Positions 12,991 through 25,719 of a stretch of 64,000 nt of DNA are shown here, one piece after another. Source of the DNA: Lama guanicoe (taxonomy: Eukaryota). The stretch spans positions 7,335,352 through 7,399,351 of the forward strand of contig MU053934.1 in NCBI GenBank assembly GCA_013239625.1, written 5' to 3'. Made by a program: the position numbers and the translations under genes. The notes under the pieces were generated by a model. It was not told where the DNA came from. It saw only the letters and a program-made list of their open reading frames with translations, and searched no databases. The stretch's first letter is position 1. Every line of letters begins with the position of its first letter.

Positions 12991-14169
12991 TCCATTGTAC
13001 TTGGAGAATAAACATTAGAGACCAACAACACTCAAGAAAGGCACAAAATTCAGCAAAAGGAAAACGGAACCAAGGAAACAATCAACACAGTTAATACACT
13101 TGCTCAGGAGTCAGCAAATCAGTGGCCAAGCCCGGCCCAGTATCTGCTCCAGAAAGCTAAGAATGCTTTTTATTTGTGACCATTTACAACTGATCTGATG
13201 ATAGGCAACACACTCACTTTGAACCCTAGTTAAGTGAAATTTATCTCCCCTCCTCCAGCCTAGAGAAATCCATTCTTCTCTTTAGTAGATTCGTATTCCA
13301 AAAAAAATTATACTCATTTGTTATTCTATGTTTATTTCATCAATAAAAAAGTTGTGAAAACGTGTGGATCTTGTACGTGGCAGAGCCTGGATTTGAATCT
13401 AGGAAGCGTGTTCGTTCACATTACTGCCTCCCTGAAAAATAAAGTGCTGCCTTCTGGAGAGACGGGTGCACTTTCTAGGCGATGCTCAGAGCTTTGCTTG
13501 CAGACATTCCTGAAACCTCTCCAAGGCCGGGGCAGCACTTTGAGTCCATCATCACTTACGTTTAGCACCATCTAGTGGAGCCGGCACTAATCTGGAGCCA
13601 GACTGGCCAAGTTCACACCCCACTGCTGCCACTGTCCCTCCATGTCTTTAACCCCAGAAGGTGAATGAGAACAGATCACAGATGATGTGCTTACCGCTGG
13701 CTCACTGTTTCCCAGACGAGACTTCCCTGCAATGGCTGGCTTCTGAGGCCGATTCCTGGGGGCCAGATTCTGCCAAGGGAGATTTGAAGGGCCCCACCTT
13801 GGGATGATCTGGCCCAGCCCCTTCCCAGCCTCTGCTGTCTGGGGCTCTCTCCTTCCTTGGCAGGCGGCCCCACTGCTCCGCAGCTCCTAGGGAGCAGTGC
13901 TGTCATCCTGTGTCCCTGACACCATTCTCCGCCCCCAACATGGCACATCCTTCACTCAGCTCTTCCCTAACAAGGCTGATGACAAAGTCTGTCCAGGCAT
14001 CTTTTTTACAAAGAAACACGAGCCTCGCTTTGGCTGAGGGCGACAACCAGCTACATAATCTATGGGGCTCAGTGCAAAATGAAAATGCAGTTACCCTTGT
14101 TCAAACATTATTAGAAATTTCAACACAACAACAGCAGCATTAACCAAGTGTGGGACCAGTCTGCATTCA

Positions 14170-16558
14170 TACTCTCCTCTCCTCACGATTACTAGCTTTG
14201 ATATCATATTTACATCTGATTGTTTTGTGTATCCTTTAACCGCTTATTGTGGACACAGGTGATTTTATTACTTTCGTCCTATAACTTTCCTCCTAGTTTG
14301 TGTGTGTGTGATTTCCTACCTTTACCGTATGTTGTCCTGGGGAGCCTTTCCATTTCGTAAGTTTCTTCTTTCTAGTTGCGGCCTTTTCTTTTCTACCTTG
14401 AGAAGTCCCTTTAGTATTTGTTGTTAAAGCTGGTTTGGTGCTGCTGAATTCTTTCAGCTTTTGCTTATCTGTAAAGCTTTGGGTTTCTCCATCAAACCTG
14501 AACGAGAGCCCTGCTGGGTATTAGTATTCCTGGTTGTAGCTTTTCCCCTTTCATCACTTTCATTATATCGTGCCAGTCCCTTCTGGCCTGCAGAGTTTCT
14601 GCTGAAAAATCAGCTGATAACCTTATGGGAGCTCCCTTGTATGTTGTTTGTTGCTTTTCTCTTGTTGCTTTTAATCCTTTCTCCTTATCTTTAATTTTTG
14701 TTACTTTGACTACTATGTGCCTTGGTGTGTTCCTCTTATGGGACTCTCTGCGCTTCCTGGACTTGGGTGACAATTTCCCTTCCCAAGTTAGAGAAGTTGT
14801 CTTCTATTATCTCTTCAAATATTTTCTCAGGTCCTTTCTCTCTCTCCCTTCTCTTTCTGGAGCCCCTATAATGCAAATACTAGTGAGCTTCATGTTGTCC
14901 CAGAGGTCTCCAACTGTCCTCATTTCTTTTCATTCTTTTTCCTTTTTTCTGTTCTGCAGTAGTGATTTCCACTACTCTGTCTTCTGGCTCACTGATCTGT
15001 TCTTCTGCCTCATTTAGTTTATTTGTGGTTCCTTCTAGTGTATTGTTCATTTCAGTAATTTTGTTCTTCCACTCTGTTTGGTTGTTCTTTAAATTTTCTA
15101 ACTCTTTGCTAAAAACTTCTAACTTCTCGCTCTGTGCATCCATTCTCCTCCCAAGTTCTCTGATCATCTTCACGATCATCACTCTGAACTCTTTCTTGGG
15201 TAGATTGCCTATCTCCTCATCATTTAGTTCTTCTTGTGGGATTCTACTTTGTTCCTTTGCCTGGAACGTATTCCTCTGCCACCTCATTTTTGTCTAAAAT
15301 TCTATTTCTATTTTTGTGTATGTGGTAGGTTAGCTATGTTTCTTGACCTTGGAGAAGTGGCCCTCTGTAGGTGACCTGCTATGGGTCCCAGCACTGCCCT
15401 CTTCTCATGTCACCCAAGGGCCGGGGGCCAGCGGGTTCCAGGGTAGAGTCTGGCCTGCATTTGTGGACTCATTCCACAGGCTGTAGGATTGTTTTCTTGC
15501 TTCTGGTATCTACCCCTTAGCGGGTGAGGCTGGAATAAAGTTTTGTGCAGGTTTCCTGGCAGGAGGATCCGGAGCCTGCTTACTGGCCCTCTGGTGGGCA
15601 GGGTCATATCTAGGGGCGTGTCTAGAGGCAGCTGTGGCTCTGGAAGTCTTTAGGCAGCCTGTCTGCAGATGGGTGGAGCTGTGTTCCCACCCAGTTAGTT
15701 GTCTGGCCTGAGGCGTCCCCGCACTGAAGCCCACAGAGGCAGCGCAGGGACTGAACCAGCTCTCTCTGCTCTGAAGACGCCGCCCTGGATTTCTATACTA
15801 GAACTTTCTCATTAGGGTCCAAGGTGTGCTTGGCTGTTAATTCTCCAGCCTCAGATTGTGCCATGTTGTGGAAAAACTGGGAGACCTCCTTTATGATAAA
15901 ATGACAAATAGGGCCATATCTTGGTGCTACTGACCCAAGCAAGATGTCAGCCTCCAGGAAAGTTCATGCAAATGATTGCTCCCCAAACATCAGTCCATCT
16001 GCCACCAGCTTTTATGTCCCCAGAGTGAGCCACAGCCACCTCCCACCTCCCCAGGAGAACTTCCAAAACCAGCAGGCAAATATGGCCCAAGTTCCTATGA
16101 AGCCACTGCTTCCACCCTCGGTCCCAGTTGCGCATGAGATTTTGTGTGTATACTTTAAGAGTGATGTCTCTGTTCCCCCCAGTCCTGTGGAGCTCTTGCG
16201 ATTAAGCCCCACTGGCCTTCAAAGCCAAACATGCTGGGGGCTCCTCCTCCTGATGCTGGAGCCCCGGGCTGGGAGCCTGATGTGGGGCTCAGAGCTCTCA
16301 CTCCTGTGGGTGAAGCTCTGCGGTGTAATTATTGTCCAGCTTGTGGGCTGCCCGCCCGGGGGGTATGGGCCCCATTATATCACCAGTGCACCTCTCCTAC
16401 TGTCCTGCTGTGGTTCCCTCTTTATGTCTGCAGTTGAAGATCTTTTTTTGTAGCTTCCAGTCTTTTTTGTTAGCAGTTGTTCAGCAGTCAGTAGTGGTTT
16501 TGTTGAGCTCGTGAGAAGAGGTAGGCTCAGGGTCCTACTTCTCCACCACCCTGACTGG
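14170..16558 (-). mobile_element. L1 5' portion: 5'UTR plus disrupted ORF1, 3'-truncated
   Basis: ORFs 14880-15287(-) (EEIGNLPKKEFRVMIVKMI...EQISEPEDR) and 14492-14773(-) (RNTPRHIVVK...KGAPIRLSADFSAETLQARRDW) are frameshifted L1 ORF1p. GC-richer 5'UTR spans about 15.3-16.55 kb. Confidence 0.9.
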
Positions 16559-17248
16559 AAATCTATTTTCTGTCTCCAGGAATCTGACCACTCCAGGTGC
16601 TTGAGGTAAGTGAAATCATTCAGAATTTCTCTCTTTGGGACTGGCTTAGTTCCCTCAGTATCATGTCCTCAAGTTCCATCCCTGCTGTAGCACATATCAG
16701 AATGTTTATCCTTTTTAAGACTGGATGATATTCCATTGTATGGTGTACAATTTTGTTTATTCATTTATCAGTCAATGGACATTTATTCCCACCTTTTGGC
16801 TATTGTGAATAATGTCACTCTGAACATGGGTGTTCAAATACCTGTTCAAGAGCCTGCTTTCAACTCTTCTGGATACATACCCAGAAAGGGGACTGCTGGA
16901 GCCTATGATAATTCTGTTTCATTTTTTGCAGGGTTGCCATACTGTTTTCCACAGTAGCTACACCATTTATTTTTTTTTAGCTTTGAGACGTTTTATTTTA
17001 AAAAGCTGGCAGTCATATACATAAGTGAATAAGAACTAAAAATTCATCATACATTTACTTAATTTCTTAGCATTACCTCATAGTAAGTCTTTAGTGTTAT
17101 TGATCTTGGCTGCCATATAAGGAGATTCTTCCTTGACTGGGTGATTTACAAGCATAATTCATCGATGAGCATCTCTTGTTTTTCCTTTATTACTGACAGC
17201 TAGTATTTTTTGAAAAATTTGCTGTTTAAGGGGCTAGATATGTGATAA

Positions 17249-17345
17249 TTTTTATTTTAATTTTATTTATTTGTTTAATGGACTGGACCCCAAGACCTCA
17301 CGCATGCTAAGCAGGCGCTCTACCACTGAGCTATACCCACCCCCT
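17249..17345 (-). mobile_element. Vic-1-like SINE inside the DNAJC19 retrocopy
   Basis: 'gacctcacgcatgctaagcaggcgctctaccactgagctatacccacccc' with an AT-rich tail. Confidence 0.8.
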
Positions 17346-17404
17346 GGCTTACACCCATTTCGGGTTCAAGCTCACCTCTGGGATAGCCAGCCCTGAAGGC
17401 AGAC

Positions 17405-17547
17405 TTTGTTTTGTTTTGTTTTTTGGTGGGGAAGGTAATTAGGTTTATCTATTTATTATTTTTATTTTAATGGAGGTACTGGAGATTGAACCCAGGGCCT
17501 CGTGCATGCTAGGCAGGCACGCTACCGCTGAGCTATACTCTCCCCTC
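17405..17547 (-). mobile_element. Vic-1-like SINE inside the DNAJC19 retrocopy
   Basis: 'taatggaggtactggagattgaacccagggcctcgtgcatgctaggcaggcacgctaccgctgagctatactctcccc' with a tail. Confidence 0.85.
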
Positions 17548-20261
17548 GTTGGTAGACTTTAAAAACCTTGTTTTACCTGAGGCTCCATATGCTTCATGGC
17601 TTGTAAAGCATAAAACGATCTGCAAATCCTGCAACAGCAATGGTCAGTCCAACTGCTACTCCCTGGCCTCCACCAGGAGTCAGGCTCATTCCAGCCCGGA
17701 GGCCACAGCCACCAGCTCTACACTCCACTGCCCTGGCTGCAGCATTTTATGTTCCCACCAGCAGGGCACAGGGGTTCCAGTTCCTCTGCATCCCCACCAA
17801 TCCGTACTTCCTGCTATCATTGTTGTTTAATAGCAGGGGTCCTAGTGGGTATATCCCCACTTTTAAAATATGGCATCTGAGGCTTGAAAGCTGTCAATAA
17901 CTTGACAAAGTCTACAAAGTCCATTAACATTATCAATCCCGCTGTGACTGGCACTGAATGGCCTGCCTGACTCACGCTGCCACCAAGGAGGCCAGCTTGC
18001 CATTGTCAAGGTTCCAGCCAGGACCATTCAAGGATTTTGACGGTGCCCCAATCCAGTCCCTTGAAGCCATGACGGACCCCAGTGCTGCTCAATGTATCTA
18101 CAGAGCCCAGCACCAGCCCACCACCCTGCTTGGGCCCTGCCCTGCTGATACACAGACCGATGCTCCACCCTCAGAGCCTCCAGCATCCTCAAGGCCACCC
18201 TCAGGAGGTGTGTGAAACAGGAAGACCCAGGGGCCTGGAATGAGAAACTGGGTCCTGACTCAGGCACACCCCTTCACCTGCCTGGCCTCAGTTTCCTCCT
18301 CTGTAAAGTGGACTTCCAGTTCTTAGCCCATCGGGTTGTTGCGAGGATGAAACTGGCAGGTGATGGGAAAAATACACTCATTTGTGAAACAGATGTCTAC
18401 CGAGGGCCCAGTGTCAGGGTGCAGGCGGGTGAAAGCGTACACGGTCTCCCCTCTCACAGGTTCCAGACCAGGTCTTCCTCCCCCAGAGTGGAGGTGTGGA
18501 CAGCAGCGGCCGCCGACAGCGTGGCCAGCCGTCGTGCTGACCGCGGGCCGAGTGAGCGGCTGGGACTGCTGTTATTGTTTTGAGAAAATCTGCTATCGTG
18601 CTGATAAACTCAGCTGTCAGAAGGGATGTTATTTCTGGGTGAAAGGAGATTCTGCAGGACGGGGGCTCCTTCCTGCCGGCACCCACGGGGCCTCGTCCCT
18701 CCTGCCAGACCTGACTTGAGCGATAACCTGGGGCTGTGAGCCTGCCCCTGGCAGGGGACAGTGGTGGCCATCACTGCAGGATGTCCACAGCCTGCCGCCC
18801 AGGGTCTCCACAATGCTTCAGGGGCAGATATCACCCGCTCCCTGACCCTGGATTCCTGGAATTGTGTGACCGAGTGGAGGCCTGTTCTCCGTCCCCCTGA
18901 CAGGTTACATGAGATTAGGTTATTTCGGTCACACGGGCCATTTAGATTTTTGGCCTGAGCGCGTGTCTATTAAATTGTCGTGGCTCTGGCTGGTTAAGCC
19001 TCTTAATCTTCTCTGAAATGCACTGGTTCTGTTTTCAATTGTGATATTACTCTTGTCACCAGCACCATGGGCTTCTCTCATTGTACCCTGGGCTCAGCCT
19101 GCCAAGTACCACTGGCAGCTGTAAATCTGGGTCCTGATTAAAATCCTCACTCTTGGCTATTTCCAGTCTGAGTCATTGTGCTTTGTTTTATTTAATTTTA
19201 ATTTGTAGTATTGAGTTTTAAATTTACATACCTCAAAGTGTGTAAATCTTAAGCATTCAGCTCAAGGTATACTTACTTGTGTCTTTAGCCTCGCAACCAC
19301 CGTCCACATCACCCCCTGGAAAGTTCCCTCCTGCCCCTTCCCAGCCAACACCCACCCCTCCTCTACCACACAGATTAGTTTTGCCTGGCCTTGAACTTCA
19401 TACAGACGGAATCATACAGTATGTTCTCTCTGGTATCTGGCCTCTTTCACTCACCATAATGTCTACCAAAAAGTTACTGTTGTATGGCTAGAAACATAAT
19501 ACATGTTCGTTGCAAAAGCTACAAATGATGTACAAGAGAAAGAAAAGACCACTTAATAACATCCACACCTGTTCACCACTCCTGACCTTCTACTGTGTAC
19601 TTCACAGAACTTTAAAGACAAATGAAAAATACTCTTCAAGGTAAATCAGTTCACATTATACTTACTCCATACCTGTTTATCTCACTTACCACAGCCCAGG
19701 TACAGATGTGTTTCCGTGTTAGCGTGTGTGGACCCACCTCAGACTTTCAACGGCTGTGTGGTATAGCGCTGTTTACCCCCTGCTGATGGATGCGTAGGTT
19801 TTCCCCGTATTTGATTTTGTCATTTAGACAACAGGATTCATAAGAGCCGAAAACTTCTGTCTGTCTGCTGTGGTCTCCCCAGCAGTTTAATTATGTTTGC
19901 AGGAAAATTCCTGAAACTGGAATTGTTGGCTCCCAAAGGAATGCACATTCTTAAGTTTTTTGTTCTAGATTCCAGAAGGATTCTTTTATTCGTATGTTCA
20001 TTCTGCCAGTTTCTATTGAACATCTTCTCTGTGCCAGGCACTGTGTCCTTGTGGAACCCATACACTCCCCTCCACCCCGTACAGAGAGGGCCCAAGGCTG
20101 CTTTCCCATTGCCCACTCTCACTCAGTTATCATGATCTTTTGAAACATTCCCTACTGGGTGAAAAAGGGGCATCTCATCAATGTTTTCAATCACATTTCT
20201 GTAATCATTCCTGTAACTACCTCATTGTATTCGTGTTTCAGCCATTTGTACTTTATTGCTG

Positions 20262-21025
20262 TCTTCAACAAATATTTTTTGAAAAGCCCAGTATATGTCA
20301 GGCATTGTTCTAGGCTCTGTGACTATAGCAGCAATAAAAGGGGAAAAAGATAGGCAAAGATGCCTGCCCTTGTGGAGCTTATATTGCCAGTTGAGGGAGA
20401 CAGATGATACATAAAATTACAATGTAAATATAGAGTGTGTGAGAGGTAATACATGCAGGGGAGAGTAATAAAAATACTCCAGGGAGCCAAGGATTTCAGT
20501 GGTAAATGGGATTGCCAGGAAGGCCTTGCAGGGAAGACGACATCTGGGCTAAGAGTTAAGAAGAAGAGAGGACAAACTTGCAGTATCTAATGAAAGAGCA
20601 ATCCAGGCCAAGGAAACAGCAGGTGTAAAGGCCCTGAGGCAGCCATGAACCTGTGTTTGAGGACTAGCTAGGAGGCCGGTGTGGCTGGAATGGAGTGAGC
20701 AATGAGGACAGTAATGGAAAATGAGGCCAAAAAAGGTAAAATTGGGCTGGATTAGGTAAGGTCTTGAGCACTTTGGCTTTTACTCTGTGTAAAACAGAGA
20801 GTCCAGGGGGATTTGAACAATGGAGGAACACGATCTGAGTTTCATTTGAATCTCATCACTCAGGCTGCTGTGTTGAGTATGGACCACAGAGGGGCAGGAA
20901 TGGAAGCAGGAAAACCAGTGAGAGGACTACTGCAAGAATCCAGGCTGGAGATCTCCTGGAAACAGTCAGATGCTGAATGTGTTCTACAGATAATGCCGAC
21001 AGCATTTGTTAGTGAATCAGATGTG
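20262..21025 (-). mobile_element. L2 remnant
   Basis: 'ttcaacaaatattt...tgtcaggcattgttctaggc...cctgcccttgtggagcttata...aaaggccctgaggcag...gtggctggaatggagtgagc'. Confidence 0.7.
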
Positions 21026-21029
21026 GGGT

Positions 21030-21485
21030 ATATGAGTTTTCCATCACTGCATGACAAACTGTGGCAAAATCTAGTGGTTTAAAACAACAGTAAACATGTA
21101 TTATCTCTCACAGTTGAAGTGAGTCAGGAATTCAGGAACAGCTCAGCTGGGTGGTTTTGGCTCAGGGTCTTCATGAAGCTGCAGTCAACTCATGGGCCAG
21201 GGCTGTAGTCATCTGAAGGCCTGACTGGGGCTGGAGGACCCACTTCCTGGAGGGCTCACGCACCTGGTGCTGGCTGGTGGCAGGAGACCTCAGTTCCTCC
21301 CCACGAGGGTCTCTCCACTCCATTGAGTGTCCTCATGTGGGCAGCTGGCCTCCCCCAGAGTGAGTGATCCAAGAGGGAAGAGCCAGACAAGAGCTATCCT
21401 TTCAGCATCTGGCTTTGGAAATTCCGGTTCAGCCATGTTACAGTCCTTAGAAGCGAGTCCCCATGCCTGGCCTGCGCTGCAGGGG
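21030..21485 (-). mobile_element. MLT1 MaLR LTR remnant
   Basis: 'ctagtggtttaaaacaaca...ctcagctgggtggttttggctcagggtct...gactggggctggagga...gagtgtcctca'. Confidence 0.65.
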
Positions 21486-23265
21486 TGGAGCACGAGAGAG
21501 AGAGAGAGGGGTCGGCAACAACATCAAGGTCTTTGGCCAGAGCACCTGGAAACACAGAGCCACCGTCAGCTCGGAGAGGACGCCTGTGGAGATGCACGTT
21601 GGGGCGGAGGTGAGTTTCACTGGCTGCATTTTCCTGAAGTGCCTCTTACACATCGGATGTAGAGACGGAGGCGCTTCCTTGAAGTCTGTTGGTTGCCCAC
21701 TTCTGTTCTTTATTTGCTTTCCTGGGGGCCTTAGCCATCTGTTTTCAGACCCCTTTGTCCCAGCTCTTGGTGGGGCTCTGCTGTCACACAGCCTGGATCC
21801 AGACCCTGCAGCCAGGAGCCCCCATGGCTACAGGTGGTCACATGGCCCTGCCTTGTCCTGTGTAGAGTCAGCCCACGCCTGCCCGGCAGCAAGTCTAAGC
21901 AGGGCTGGCCTGACCCGGGTCTCTGAACCCAGTGCCCAGCGGAAACTCCACACCATGATCCCCTACGAGCATCTCTCAGCAGGTGTGTACGGAGTGCCGA
22001 CTACCTGAGCTGTGAACAAGCCGAGTCCACCTTAGTCCCAGTGCAGGGCGGGCAGTCAGACAACAGACAAGTAAACAGATTAATAAATATGAGCCAGCAG
22101 AAGGTGCTGCGGAGGAAGATAAAGCAAGCAAGGGAAGAAGGGAAGCAGCAGCCCCACCAAGCACGGGGTGACCAGACAGTGACGACGCGTGACTTGGGGG
22201 TTGCCCCCCCTCCACTTCCCAGTAAGTGAGGGACACCGAAGCTCCGATGCCTTCGGCCTGGGAAGGGAAGTCCCCACCTCTCCGCCCTCAGCATCCACGC
22301 CTCTCTACCCCGCAGCTCAGCTGGCCTCTCTGAGCCTCAGTCTCCTTGCCCGTAAAATGAGGACGTAAGACGGTTCCCAGAGGCTTCACCACAGCTCTGT
22401 CCACAGAGGACCTCACTGACCAGGGAGTACGGTGAGTACAGGCTGGATGTGCAGAACACTGAGTGAAGGGGGTGGAGCTGCAGGGGGAGGGGCAGCCTGG
22501 GCACTTCCACCAGTTGGATGGAGGCTGGGATGGCCTCATTTAGGCACTCCCAGAGACTGCAGGCATCATTTCCCCTCCAATGCCTCTCCACATGGTTGCC
22601 AGATTCCAATTCCCAAAGATCTAGTCACTCTCCCACTCAGAAGCCTTCCATGGCTCCCAGGTACTCACAGGACAATAGGGCCAAACCCACCTTTCTGTCC
22701 CAGTTGAAATCCAGCCCCTTCTCCAGGGTGCCCCCAAATACCTCCTCCTCCAGGCAGCTTTACATCCCTGCATCCTCTCTAGGACCCCAGCTCTTATTTT
22801 CCCTCCCCTGAGGCCCAACGCTTTCTGTCTGAGACCCACCGCGTACTCTGTCGTGGTTTTGTCTCACCTGGAGCTAGGCATTTGCTTTTCTCTCTGACTC
22901 AGCTCCAGCCTGAGGCAAGACCAGACATATTTTTCTTCCTTTTCTTTTTTTTAAAAAGGTGACGTATTTCTGATATTAACAGAAATTAATACACATCGGT
23001 AAAATACAGAAAAACATGAGGCAGAACATGAGACCACCAATCATCCTTATGCCTGGAGGTGACCACATTCCCATTTTGCCATGCCGTGTTTCCTTCCAGA
23101 CTTTTCCATATGGATTTTTTTTTAATGTGGGATTGTACTAGACACATTGATTTGTAAAGTGTGTTATTTCATATAATAGATGATGCATCTCTGAGGTACA
23201 ATTTCTTTTGTGAACATATCAAAATCTTTACCAGTTCCTAAACCACCTCTTCAGTAACAGGCTGT

Positions 23266-23417
23266 ATTTTTTTTTTTATTTTTAGGGTTTTTTTGGGGGG
23301 GTGGTAATTAGGTTTGTTTGTTTATTTATTTATTTTAATGGAGGTACTGGGGATTGAACCCAGGACCTCACACATGCTAAGCTCACACTCTACCACTGAG
23401 CTCCACCCTCCTCCCCA
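23266..23417 (-). mobile_element. Vic-1-like SINE with TSD
   Basis: Full SINE body plus poly(T), flanked by the direct repeat TAACAGGCT. Confidence 0.85.
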
Positions 23418-25719
23418 ATAACAGGCTCTGGGTTTACAGACCACCTACTGTGCACCAGGCACCAAGCTGAGGGCTTCCTGTGCTTTCATCCTCACAGCAA
23501 CCCTTGCGAGGTGGGAAACTTCACAAAGAGTGGGACAGGCCAGCACATCCCAATGGGGAGGGGGAAACTGAGGCCCTGGAGGTTTGGAGGCCAGCAATGG
23601 GAGGGTGGGAAGGACACTGCAGGAGGAGTAGGGAGATCCAGCCTTGAATCTGCCTCCACTGCTCATGGGCTGGGTGGTCTCTGGCAAGTGGCTTCCTTAT
23701 TTGGAGCCTCAGTTTCCTGATCTGAAAAATGGGGCCACAAGTCCTCTCTTGCCTGTACATGGGTCCTTTGTGGGTGTGCTGGTGTCTGTAGCATGGGACA
23801 ACTGTAAGGACTATTGGTGACAAGAGAAAGTGCTTAGCCCTGGGACTGAGGGATCTGAAGAGATGATGGCACCTGCTGTTGTTATTGTTTGTTATTGTTA
23901 TTGTCTACTCCTTTTCAGGACTGATAGGAAGCCAAGGCCTTCTACAGGCCCAGTTCTTAATTCAAAAGGTTTTTGCCTCCTCCTGTCCATTTGACCTGCG
24001 TATTATCTTGGGACCTTACAAGGTGAATATTTTCACCCACCTCTCCCTTGGGCACGCCTGTCCCCAAACTGTCCTCCCTCCTCTATCTGCTCTGCTAATA
24101 TTTACTGAATACCTACTACATGCCTGGCACCATGCCTTCAGCCTCGAGACCCCTCTGGAAGCACTCTTGCACACATCAGGTCCTTCTGGCCCGTGAGACC
24201 AGGCCCTGGCTTCCCCTCTCTGAGTCTCAGTTTCCATGGCAGAGCACATTTGGAGAGAGGCCCCTATTTTGGAGCACCCTATGCCTATCAGGGGCCTAGG
24301 GCATGCCGGGCTATGTGAGCTTGGAGCTGATGGAATTTGGGAGGCCCTTAAAGAAAGGATTACAAAATCAGAAGAGGCCAGGAGAGAGGGAGGGAGGGGC
24401 CTTGAAGCTTAAACTCTGCTGGGAGTTTACTAAACATTTGAGGATTATCTCCTCTGATCCTTCCTACAACCCTATAGAGTGTGTGGTGGGGTGGGGGGGG
24501 CATGCTGTCATCCCATTTCACAGGTGAGAACAATGAAGGAAAAATACATATCAGTGTCATCACTCCAGAGGTAGGAAGAAGGGGCAAAGGGATCCCCAAC
24601 AGCTAGCAAATGGCAGAACCAGGGAGAGGGGAGCTACCCGACGCTGCCGTTCCTCCTTCCGAGGCAGCAGGACTGAGGTAAACAAGCCCTGTTGTTATGT
24701 TCCTGGGCCAACAGCTACTTTGTAATCCCATTGCTCTGCTCCGCCTTCCTCCACCTCCAACACCCTCCAGCAATAACATTTTGGAGAGTTGAGACCCTAT
24801 CGGTCCCTAACCCACCCCAGGACTGGGTACCACTGCAGCCCTGGAAACTTCCAGGTTTCTCCTCCCTCCTCGGAGCTTTGGGGGCCCTTCTCTGCCACCC
24901 ATTTCCCTCTTGGCTCAGGAGCCCCAGGGCAGGGCGGGCTGCCCCCCACCCCATTACGGAAGGCCCAGGAAGGGAGGTATGTGGATGATGCACCTGGAAG
25001 GATGAGGGGTGGGAAAGAGTAGGGCAGGGAAGACCCCAGGCTTGGGTAGGATGCTGTGGATGCTGTTTCTGCCAAAGCTTGAGTCTTAGTTTTCACATTT
25101 CTGAAACAAGACTTAAACATACTTACCTCCTGATGGTTGCCAGGGGTGGGCGAGGTAGGAATGGGGACTTATTGTTTAGTGGGTATGCAGTTTGTTTTGA
25201 AAGATGGAGAATTATGGAGAGGTATGGTGGTGATGGTTGCACAACATTAGGAATATATTTAATACCACTGAACAGTATGCTTACAGATAGTTAAGATGGT
25301 AAGTTTTATGTGCATTTTACCACCATTTAAAAAATAGAAAAAGAATTTTAAAACCCCAAACAAAATCTAAGTCCTGAAGCTGCCAGCACAAAGAGCGAGA
25401 ATATTTGAGCACTGAATTCATACTGTCATTTAACATGTCATTCCGTCCTCTCCAAGCCTCAGTTTCCTCATGGGTAAAATGGGCATGAAAAAACCACCAA
25501 GCCCGTAGGACTTCTTTGAGGACCGAGTGAGGCAATCCATGTAAAGATCCGGAATTATACATCGAAATGCAGCCAGTGGATTCATCCACAAATATTCCCC
25601 AGAGCCTACTGTGTGCACGCCTGTGCTGGGAAAACAGCGCACGCGACAAAACAAACTTGCAGACCCCAGAAGGCAGAGAGATAGTAAACAAGAAAACAGA
25701 TCACACTTGTAGCAGTTCT

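Larger units (their letters stand above)
16970..17733 (-). pseudogene. DNAJC19: Processed pseudogene of DNAJC19 (TIM14/Pam18 J-protein), interrupted by two SINEs
   Basis: Minus-strand blocks translate VAVGLTIAVAGFA..QAMKHMEPQVKQ (17550-17665), KSAFRAGYPRGELEPEM-GVS (17346-17407) and [41 protein letters not shown] (17063-17195), matching recalled DNAJC19. No introns. AATAAA at 16997-16992, poly(A) at 16978-16970, degenerate TSD (16955-16970 vs 17734-17750). Confidence 0.9.
16560..17830 (-). mobile_element. Older L1M 3' fragment (16560-16969 and 17734-17830), split by the DNAJC19 retrocopy
   Basis: 'ccaccttttggctattgtgaataatg...ccatactgttttccacagtagctacaccattt' resumes as 'ggctgcagcattttatgttcccaccagcag...cctctgcatcc' after the insertion. 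Confidence 0.75.

Noticed and set aside
18864..18934. 10-bp inverted repeat (GTGTGACCGA / TCGGTCACAC) as a miRNA-like hairpin
   Set aside because: The stem is short with no continued pairing, so it is compatible with chance.
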